Source: a virus (taxonomy: Duplodnaviria; Caudoviricetes). Taken from it: DNA of 38,058 bases. Numbering within the stretch: position 1 is the first letter of the stretch; every line of letters begins with the position of its first letter. The notes under the pieces are model-generated. The model saw nothing but the letters and a program-made list of their open reading frames with translations. It did not search any database and had not been told where the DNA came from. The stretch is taken from the IMG/VR virus record IMGVR_UViG_3300047359_000730, positions 1 to 38,058 of that record. One strand, written 5' to 3'. The translations under genes were made by a program, and so were the position numbers. Below, piece after piece: positions 1 to 7,226 of the stretch.

Positions 1-754
1 CCATAAAGCGATTAAACACTCCATCCGGAACACACATATTACTATTGACTGCAAACTCTAGATCTGGTCTAGGATTTTCTATAAGATCGTCTAACACTCG
101 AAATGTATCTTTAGAAAGTAGTGGCTCACCGCCGGTAATACGGAAATGTTTAAGATCCTTTGATACATCAGGCCACCATTTCCAAAATGCTTCCACGTAA
201 GGATTATAGTCCTTGTTTGGAATAGGCATAACACCTTGGTCTTTAAGCCAGTCAATACCGCCATGAGCAGTTGTAGTTGGATACGGTCCGTGCTTCTGAA
301 CTTCTTCCATCCATTTACTACTAACTTGCGGTGAACAGTATGAGCATTTAAAATTACACACACTACTAAAACTTACTTCTAAATAGCTAGGATTAACATT
401 ATCGTCCCAGGGTTTTTGAATAATTTCTGGAATGTAAGATTCAGCCCAAGGTTCTTTAGATTTATATGTTCTATCACTTATTTCGTTATTGTCTTCTACA
501 CGCCAGCAATAATCACACTCCTTGGGTCTATCACCTTCGAGCATTTGCTTACGTTGTAACTTCTTAAATTTTGTATTATGTAATGCGCTAGGATTACATT
601 CTAATTCTTCAACAGGTATTTTATGCGGTACTGGATGATGACAACTGTGAGTCTGTCCAGTGTGTAAGTGTAGCGTAACTTGTTTCCACTTAGCTACACA
701 AAAACTGCAACTAACAGGATCTAGTTTTTCTTTTTTCCATACTTCAGGTGTCAT
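1..754 (-). CDS. N-terminal twitch-domain radical SAM protein (runs off the left window edge; not in the ORF track)
   Basis: Manual translation from ATG at 754 is open to the edge: MTPEVWKKEKLDPVSCSFCVAKWKQVTLHLHTGQTHSCHH...ECDYCWRVE...YLEVSFSSVCNFKCSYCSPQVSSKW...FRITGGEPLL...FAVNSN. CxxxCxxC at 335-358 and GGEP at 122-133. The N-terminal C..C..CxxC cluster precedes the rSAM core. Overlaps the upstream gene by 11 nt. Confidence 0.9.
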   Translation of the reverse strand, partial: MTPEVWKKEKLDPVSCSFCVAKWKQVTLHLHTGQTHSCHHPVPHKIPVEELECNPSALHNTKFKKLQRKQMLEGDRPKECDYCWRVEDNNEISDRTYKSKEPWAESYIPEIIQKPWDDNVNPSYLEVSFSSVCNFKCSYCSPQVSSKWMEEVQKHGPYPTTTAHGGIDWLKDQGVMPIPNKDYNPYVEAFWKWWPDVSKDLKHFRITGGEPLLSKDTFRVLDDLIENPRPDLEFAVNSNMCVPDGVFNRFM

Positions 755-1679
755 TACTATCCTCAATTAAAAATGGCTCTTTGTTTATTCTTTTTGGCAC
801 TTGATAAACTGTCTTAAAAAATTTACTCTGTTGATCACTTAGTGGAGATTCTGATATCGGAATATCTAATTCTTTAATTAGCAATCTGCCTATATCTTCT
901 ATATGATTAATTAGATCGTCGTCTGCAATTTTACTAACTTCGGTATTCCAAAGATTGTTTAAGTATGTAAAGTCACGTACATTTACAAAGTTCCAATCTG
1001 TACACATAGTGCGGTAAAGACCTTCTCTTGCCCCATAAATTGCCCATAATCCATTTTCTACATCTGCTCCAATCATTTGCCAAATATAAAGCCTGTGTAA
1101 ATTTTGCCAATATCCGTCATATAGTTTACTTGTATCAGGCTTTACTCCTTGATCAAGTGCCATCTTGACGCCTTCTCTAAATCCAGCACGCCATGCTTGC
1201 TGCGGTGTGGCATTATTATATACATCACTAAAAGTGGTATTCATTTGGATATAACGCATGTCCCAACAAAAATCAACCTGTCCTTGTGGATTACCAGGTT
1301 CAGCATTTTCATGTGTACGCATATTAAGAACATAACTCTTTGGCCAACATTTAAGTCCGCCATTACCATATACTAATCCGTTTATAACATTTTTTCCACA
1401 CCAGCTAACAACACTATGATCTAACTGTGCTTCAGGTTTAAAATTTACAATTTGTTGTATATAATTAGCATATACTATATTATCGGCATCTACAGTTATA
1501 AATCGATCAGTTTCACTTAAATCAGCACATGCCTTATGCGCTGCATCACTACCTTCCACACCATGTACACGTTTAGCCCATGGTATCTTACTACACAGAT
1601 CTGCATAGTTTTTTTCTGCGTTAGGTTCGTCATAACTTAAAAAAATAACATCATAGTCTGCTACTTTGATTGAATTCAT
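744..1679 (-). CDS. Putative GT-A (GT2-like) glycosyltransferase, 311 aa
   Basis: N-terminal DVIFLSYDE strand, AAHKAC helix and FITVDADN (DxD at 1482-1490). ATGA overlap with the upstream gene. Confidence 0.7.
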   Translation of the reverse strand: MNSIKVADYDVIFLSYDEPNAEKNYADLCSKIPWAKRVHGVEGSDAAHKACADLSETDRFITVDADNIVYANYIQQIVNFKPEAQLDHSVVSWCGKNVINGLVYGNGGLKCWPKSYVLNMRTHENAEPGNPQGQVDFCWDMRYIQMNTTFSDVYNNATPQQAWRAGFREGVKMALDQGVKPDTSKLYDGYWQNLHRLYIWQMIGADVENGLWAIYGAREGLYRTMCTDWNFVNVRDFTYLNNLWNTEVSKIADDDLINHIEDIGRLLIKELDIPISESPLSDQQSKFFKTVYQVPKRINKEPFLIEDSNDT

Positions 1680-2563
1680 TTTACTACCTCATATCTATAA
1701 TTACGGTAAAGTCGTGGTGTAAATATCGAAAGATTTTTTTCTTCTGATTCATACATATACGGAAATATACACTTTGTTTTGTCTATTAAATCTTTAATTG
1801 GTATTTCAATAGTTCGAATGAGTATATTAGGATCATCAGGCTCGGTGATAAAAAACATAACAACTTTGTCAGTAATTTCCTTGTCTAACAATTTTTCGTT
1901 TACAACAATATCTTTAGTGCTATAAAATTGCCATTGTTTTGCAATATCATTTTTAAAAATATATACACTAGTGTCATCAGACGAATTAATCATGTACAAC
2001 TGATTGTCAACTAAAACTTTATGTCCTTTTCTGTTTTTTCGTGCCATTAACGGAATAGATTTTTTATCTACCGATACTATGTTTTCAAGAAATAGTTCAG
2101 CAGTGTCTAATGTATCTTCAACAGTAAAATCTTTATGAAGTTTATATATCTCATTATTAGCCCAAACATGATCGCCTTTATAAAATAAATCAGTTGCGTT
2201 GTGTTTTCTAAAATTTATACCAGCATATATCTTTTCTAAATTATCAAATGTATTACCTTCAAACGGAATTTGATAAAGATAGTCTTCAACTGATTTTAAA
2301 AAACTAGTTGCAACTTCTCTAGCAATTACATATTCTCTAAGTTGATGATTATACTTTACCACATATTCGCTAATCTTTGCTCTACCTAAAAAATACTCTT
2401 TTACTTCATCGTGGTTAACTTCAATAACATCATATTCGCTATCTATAGGATTATTTGTGATAGCAAAGACTTCACCGTGTGTCTTTTCAAAATACACATA
2501 GCTTATGTCTCCTTGTGCTATTAAACTATTTAATTTTGCTATTGCATTAACTAAATTAGACAT
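1676..2563 (-). CDS. Hypothetical protein, 295 aa, with one copy of the ~90-aa 'G(Q/D)HVW' module
   Basis: Long ORF overlapping both neighbours. Its segment LEKIYAGINF...KGDHVWANNEIY...KGHKVLVDNQLY resembles the repeats in the 477-aa gene. Confidence 0.75.
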   Translation of the reverse strand: MSNLVNAIAKLNSLIAQGDISYVYFEKTHGEVFAITNNPIDSEYDVIEVNHDEVKEYFLGRAKISEYVVKYNHQLREYVIAREVATSFLKSVEDYLYQIPFEGNTFDNLEKIYAGINFRKHNATDLFYKGDHVWANNEIYKLHKDFTVEDTLDTAELFLENIVSVDKKSIPLMARKNRKGHKVLVDNQLYMINSSDDTSVYIFKNDIAKQWQFYSTKDIVVNEKLLDKEITDKVVMFFITEPDDPNILIRTIEIPIKDLIDKTKCIFPYMYESEEKNLSIFTPRLYRNYRYEVVK

Positions 2564-3989
2564 AAGTTATCTCCCTGTATTTGTTAAATACTTTTTCAAC
2601 AAAGTCTTTTTCAGTATAATGCAATATACCATTTTGTATAAAATTTCCTAATTTTAAATTACAATTATCATCTAAATATACGCCTAATTTATCTTGCCAT
2701 CTGTCTGGCAAATTATTCCAACCTTGTATCATTGGTTTTAAATGTGTAAATGTAAGAATATTATTTTTCTTATTTGTAACTTCTTCTTCTATGTTAAGTA
2801 TTTTTATTGCAATAGCTGCTGCGACATCTATACTTAAATGTCCGGGTGTTTGATTAGGTAGAAATTCTTTCCAAAAATCTTTCCAATTCTTACAAATAAT
2901 TTCTAGTAAATTGTAAAAGTTTTTTGCTAAGTCTGATCGTTTAAAATAATGTACACCGACATACGTGTTAGGCAGATAATTTTCAGTAAATGTCTTTCGA
3001 TAAAAGTCATTTTCAATTATGTTATTATTAAATGTCCTTACTTCAGATGTAAAAAATAAATCCGAATCAGCTAACATATTCCATGTACTAGTAAGATCAT
3101 TAAAAACCATCATATCAGTGTCCATTACAATTGTTTCATCGTATGGACTACAATGATAAATTTTCCATCTATTTTCAACTTTCCAAATAGTTGTTTCAGC
3201 ATCATCACCAAATGGAATAGGAATAATTTTGTCAAACAATATTTCATAATCTGCAGGAACTTTATCGTCAGTGATAATTGATATTTTTTCATTAGGACTA
3301 TTTTTATTTAAAGACAGAGCTAACAACACAGCCTGTTTAATATAATCTACTTGTAGTACAGGATTAACTGTATATAAATTATTATAATAACACACTAAGT
3401 TACCTGGACGTGGGTTTTCAAATACTAAACTTTTATTACTATCTGCATATAATTTAACTTCTTGATCAATAATAGGCTCATAATCATCTTCAGTAAAATC
3501 ACTGTTTGCTGGTACATCAACTAAAGCACGCCACACTTTATTATTGTACCAAACATGCTGACCTGCTAAATGCAAAACCTGCTTGTACCAAATATCGATA
3601 TTAACTCCTTCAAATTGGGGAGTCAGTGTATATAATTCTGTTTCATCTTCTTTACGCACTTCGTAAACATTATTATTAGATAGTACAATATTATTCTTTT
3701 TACATAGATGATGTACAACAAGATCGTTTTCATCGTAGTGTATATAAACTTCAGGTATTACTAATTTTACATCATCATAATTAAAAGTTTTAGACTGTAA
3801 ACAAGTATTAACAAATCTAAAGACTTTATTATCGTACCAAACATGCTGACCAGATATATAGTCAAGCTCTGGATACCATATATCTACATGAATACCCCTG
3901 TATTGCTCTTCAAGGAAATGATTTGGTATTTGTCTCGATACTCTTTCATAACTATTTTGTGCTAAAACTACTATACCCCTATTGCTCAT
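2556..3989 (-). CDS. Putative GT-A (GT8-like) glycosyltransferase with a ~200-aa duplicated insertion, 477 aa
   Basis: RGIVVLAQN [insert] DYIKQAVLLALSL...ISIITD...SPYDETIVMDTDM (DxD at 3114-3122)...LHYTEK. Paralogous to the 280-aa neighbour. Confidence 0.75.
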   Translation of the reverse strand: MSNRGIVVLAQNSYERVSRQIPNHFLEEQYRGIHVDIWYPELDYISGQHVWYDNKVFRFVNTCLQSKTFNYDDVKLVIPEVYIHYDENDLVVHHLCKKNNIVLSNNNVYEVRKEDETELYTLTPQFEGVNIDIWYKQVLHLAGQHVWYNNKVWRALVDVPANSDFTEDDYEPIIDQEVKLYADSNKSLVFENPRPGNLVCYYNNLYTVNPVLQVDYIKQAVLLALSLNKNSPNEKISIITDDKVPADYEILFDKIIPIPFGDDAETTIWKVENRWKIYHCSPYDETIVMDTDMMVFNDLTSTWNMLADSDLFFTSEVRTFNNNIIENDFYRKTFTENYLPNTYVGVHYFKRSDLAKNFYNLLEIICKNWKDFWKEFLPNQTPGHLSIDVAAAIAIKILNIEEEVTNKKNNILTFTHLKPMIQGWNNLPDRWQDKLGVYLDDNCNLKLGNFIQNGILHYTEKDFVEKVFNKYREITYV

Positions 3990-4821
3990 TAATCACTCTT
4001 TCTAGACTAAATTTATTCATTACATGAACATTTTTTCCTTTAGTACTTAATGCTAAATATTCTCCTAAATATTTTGGACGTTCGATTAAAAATTGCATAT
4101 AATCATCGTCAATTTCTAAACATATATCCTTATCAATTGTGTAATAATGTGTACCTGGTAATTCTTGTACACAACTGTCGAGACCATCAAAACCATTAAG
4201 AATATGTGCTGCAATACTAAATGCAAAATCATTTCTAAACAACGGAGAATCAATTTGATAGACTCGTCTGTAATGAGACCAATTATCTTGTATGTGTGCA
4301 ATTAAATCAAAGAATATTTTATTTGATTCAGTCTTTGTAAAATATACTACAGTTGCCCAATAGAAATCAACACCACACTCACTTATGTACTTAAACTCTG
4401 CTTCACTACGTGTGCCAGATAAATCCTTTGCATTTTTAAACATCATTAAATCATATTGACTATCAAAGCAAGATTTAAATAAATCATTAGAAATAATATA
4501 GTCTGTATCTAATAATAATGTATTGTCGTATGGAGATAGATCATATGCTTGTGCTCTGCCTGCATTCTTGAAGGGAAGTTTTTTATGTGTTAGTGTGCCG
4601 TCAAAGTAAAATCTATTATTCTGGACAACTTCCCACGCTGTAGGAATGATCTTATCAAATATTCCTCTATCAAAATTTTCTACTAGATAGTCTGGAGAGT
4701 CAGTAACTATACTAGTAGGAATATTTAAATATTTCTGTATGCGTTTTGCTAAAAACTGTGCTTGATTTACATAATCGAGCGATCCATTATTTCTTGCAAA
4801 TAGTAATGCGCCATTAGTCAT
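3979..4821 (-). CDS. Putative GT-A (GT8-like) glycosyltransferase, 280 aa
   Basis: GALLFARNN..DYVNQA...SIVTD...LSPYDNTLLLDTDY (DxD at 4501-4509)...FRNDFAFSIA...VHVMNK. Confidence 0.75.
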   Translation of the reverse strand: MTNGALLFARNNGSLDYVNQAQFLAKRIQKYLNIPTSIVTDSPDYLVENFDRGIFDKIIPTAWEVVQNNRFYFDGTLTHKKLPFKNAGRAQAYDLSPYDNTLLLDTDYIISNDLFKSCFDSQYDLMMFKNAKDLSGTRSEAEFKYISECGVDFYWATVVYFTKTESNKIFFDLIAHIQDNWSHYRRVYQIDSPLFRNDFAFSIAAHILNGFDGLDSCVQELPGTHYYTIDKDICLEIDDDYMQFLIERPKYLGEYLALSTKGKNVHVMNKFSLERVINEQ

Positions 4822-5167
4822 TTTCTATTAATTTTTCTACCGAACGTTTTTTACCTAGTGCTACATAACTGTTATGATAGTCGTTAGAAGCTTCAAAGTA
4901 AATATCTAAAATATCTTCTGAAAACTTAGCTAAGTCTGGTATCATTACTGGACGATCATTATCATCAGTCAAAACAACATCAGTATCTGCACCTTGCTTT
5001 ACTAGTAAGTCTATAAATGTAATTAATTCTCTTGTAATAGTAAACTGAGAACCTTCAGTAAAATATATTAAACTTTCTTTAAACTTTTCTTGAAGAATAC
5101 GTTTTTGATTATTAATCGTAACCATATACTTGCTAAAGTCAAGAGCCTTTTCTAATCTTTCGTCCAT
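4814..5167 (-). CDS. Hypothetical protein, 117 aa (possibly a tail-fibre assembly/chaperone-like protein)
   Basis: Start re-called to ATG 5167 (MDERLEKAL), which follows AGGAGG at 5172-5177. The VVLTDDNDRPV segment followed by a helix loosely recalls DUF4376-type proteins; function is weakly supported. Confidence 0.65.
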   Translation of the reverse strand: MDERLEKALDFSKYMVTINNQKRILQEKFKESLIYFTEGSQFTITRELITFIDLLVKQGADTDVVLTDDNDRPVMIPDLAKFSEDILDIYFEASNDYHNSYVALGKKRSVEKLIEND

Positions 5168-5187
5168 ACTACCTCCTGTTAGTGTTA

Positions 5188-5216
5188 AGTATAACACAGA
5201 TTGTTTAGTAAGTCAA
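5188..5216 (-). promoter_or_regulatory. sigma70-type promoter, TTGACT-N17-TATACT with extended -10 TG
   Basis: Minus strand reads TTGACT (5216-5211) TACTAAACAATCTGTGT TATACT (5193-5188). Both boxes are 5/6 matches with a 17-nt spacer, followed by AGGAGG and ATG. Confidence 0.75.
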
Positions 5217-5233
5217 TATGAATGTACTTATTA

Positions 5234-6181
5234 TTACAGGTTACTTGTAGAGTTGTAAGTTGGTGCTGCTACGCTTACAGTGGTAACTGTGCTAGACCCT
5301 ATTACCATTGTGCCGTTTGCTCGTAGTACAGACGGTTGTACTGTTAACGTACCTTGAACGTCTTCATCGACATCAGTACCTTGTCCGTCAACACCGCCTG
5401 TGTTAACATCGTCAAACACTACATTAAATCTAATTCTAGAAGTGTTATCTTCTTTTGCCTGGATATAAAAGATATTACCTGTATACGTTGATGCTGTTTT
5501 TTGCCATATAGTTTGATAAGAAGAAGTAAGATCATAGTTACCGATACTTGAAGCAGTGCCATAACCTGTGCTGTGTATAGTACTTGTATAACCAAATTCA
5601 ACGTGTCCAGTTCCGATTATACCCGACCATTCTACACCTTTTGTAGAGTTATCGCCTGTTTGTGTAGAATCTATTTTCACTCTACTACCTGCATTAAAAA
5701 ATTCTCTACGTGCAGCAGCATCTGCAAATGTTACTGTAAATTCATGATTTACAGCGCCATTCCAAGGAGTTGTTCTGCTATTACTTGAATATGAAGTTTC
5801 AGAACGTTGACTAGTATGTAGATCAAATCTATTGTTTTCGCAATCGGTCATTAAACCTTCGAGATAGGTTATATGGCTTTCTTCGATTTTATCAGTACTA
5901 GTTGTGTTTGTAACGTAATCGCCTGTTACATAAGGACTTTGAATTGTTCCGAAAGCAGTTGTTCCAATTTGATGAACTCTTGCTCTTACAATATCGCTAT
6001 AAATATCTAAATATTGCTGTTCACTAATTAAGTCACCGCTAGATGTTGCTGCTACTGTTGTAGAATCAATACTGTTTCCGTAACCGTATGTTTCGTTAGC
6101 ACCTGCAGAAGAATCACCCATTACTGATAATATTCGAGTACGTAGATTATTATATCGTGTTGCTGTAATAAAGGTAGGCAT
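5234..6181 (-). CDS. Putative virion/tail structural protein, paralog of 6229-7215
   Basis: Start re-called to ATG 6181 (MPTFITATRYN), with GGAG at 6187-6190. Ser/Thr-rich. Shares ITA.R.N.L..RI..V.G, FFN.G and IGNYDLT.SYQ with the upstream gene. Confidence 0.7.
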   Translation of the reverse strand: MPTFITATRYNNLRTRILSVMGDSSAGANETYGYGNSIDSTTVAATSSGDLISEQQYLDIYSDIVRARVHQIGTTAFGTIQSPYVTGDYVTNTTSTDKIEESHITYLEGLMTDCENNRFDLHTSQRSETSYSSNSRTTPWNGAVNHEFTVTFADAAARREFFNAGSRVKIDSTQTGDNSTKGVEWSGIIGTGHVEFGYTSTIHSTGYGTASSIGNYDLTSSYQTIWQKTASTYTGNIFYIQAKEDNTSRIRFNVVFDDVNTGGVDGQGTDVDEDVQGTLTVQPSVLRANGTMVIGSSTVTTVSVAAPTYNSTSNL

Positions 6182-6220
6182 TAGAACTCCTGTCAAAACT
6201 ATATTATAGTATATATAGTT

Positions 6221-6226
6221 TATTTA
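6221..6226 (-). promoter_or_regulatory. TAAATA late-promoter-like motif
   Basis: Motif recurs in intergenic gaps and matches the core of the T4 gp55 late promoter TATAAATA. Confidence 0.55.
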
Positions 6227-6228
6227 CT

Positions 6229-7215
6229 TTACAAGGTCGTTATGTTTTGATAAATTGGTGCAGGGACCTCGATATAAAAATCAATTAAATCATCACCAGT
6301 TAGTGTGCTTTTTGCTCTTAAATGATTTACACTGCTCTTTAAAGTTCCGTCAATTAAATCGTCTTCTGCGCCGGATTCTAAATCATCAAATACAATTTTA
6401 AACTGTATTTCTGAATCAGATATTTCCTTTGCATACATTTCCATTAAATTTTGGTTATACGTAGGATATATTCCACCATTGCTTATTTTAGTATAAATTA
6501 ATTGGTACGAAGTTGTTAAATCATAGTTGCCAATTGCAGAGGGTGTGCCTTGGTCAGTTGTGCTAGTATCACTATGGTTAAACTTAACTATACCTGCTCG
6601 TTGTAATAGAACACTCCAGTCATTGCCTTTAGGAGTTGCATAACCTAAATTAGATGTTTCTATCCTAAGCTCACCACCGCTATTGAAAAAATGTCTACGA
6701 TGACCAGAATTATTAAAAGAAACTTTTACTTCGTGTATAAGTTGTCCATTCCATTGTGAAGTTCTAGTGGACGAAGTACCTAATTCAACTACCGACTGCG
6801 TCGAATCGACTAAAAATTTATCAGTTTCAATTCTATCCATCATTCTTTCTAGATCAGCAATACCCTTAAATTCAGCATCAGCACCTGGGGAGCTTGATTC
6901 TTCGCCTACGATATCAACTCCGGCTATAAATTCAAGATTTTTTACTTGATCAGTTATTTCAGCATTTACTAAACCAATTTGATGTAATCTTGCTCTTATT
7001 AAATCTTTATATAAGTTATTAAAAGATTGTGCAGTAATATTAACTTGCATATTACCGCCAGGAGTGTTTGTTACTTCCTCACTACTTATAGCGCCGCCAT
7101 AACCTGAAGCTCCTTGCCCATATCCGGTTTGTCCGGCACCAGTTCCTAAAACTGCTGCTATTCTGTTTTGCAATAAGTTAAACCTTGATGCTGTAATTAA
7201 ATCTCCGACGGCCAT
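6229..7215 (-). CDS. Putative virion/tail structural protein, 328 aa
   Basis: AAGGA RBS upstream. Paralog of the downstream gene; lies in the tail module. Confidence 0.7.
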   Translation of the reverse strand: MAVGDLITASRFNLLQNRIAAVLGTGAGQTGYGQGASGYGGAISSEEVTNTPGGNMQVNITAQSFNNLYKDLIRARLHQIGLVNAEITDQVKNLEFIAGVDIVGEESSSPGADAEFKGIADLERMMDRIETDKFLVDSTQSVVELGTSSTRTSQWNGQLIHEVKVSFNNSGHRRHFFNSGGELRIETSNLGYATPKGNDWSVLLQRAGIVKFNHSDTSTTDQGTPSAIGNYDLTTSYQLIYTKISNGGIYPTYNQNLMEMYAKEISDSEIQFKIVFDDLESGAEDDLIDGTLKSSVNHLRAKSTLTGDDLIDFYIEVPAPIYQNITTL

Positions 7216-7226
7216 TTATTTTTCCT

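Noticed and set aside
91-363. 90-aa minus-strand ORF in the track
   Set aside because: Out-of-frame shadow inside the radical SAM gene, whose frame carries clear motifs.
3535-3851. 29-nt near-identical repeat pair as a CRISPR or DGR template/variable repeat
   Set aside because: Only two in-frame coding copies 288 nt apart, with no array and no reverse transcriptase or cas gene in the window.
3351-3950. GT insertion as an intein or intron
   Set aside because: No C-terminal His-Asn or +1 Cys/Ser/Thr, no endonuclease motifs, and the frame is open; it is an internal duplication.
6191-6208. TATAAT (6203-6208) and TTGACA (6191-6196) on the minus strand
   Set aside because: The boxes are in the wrong order, and there is no -35 at 16-18 nt upstream of the TATAAT.
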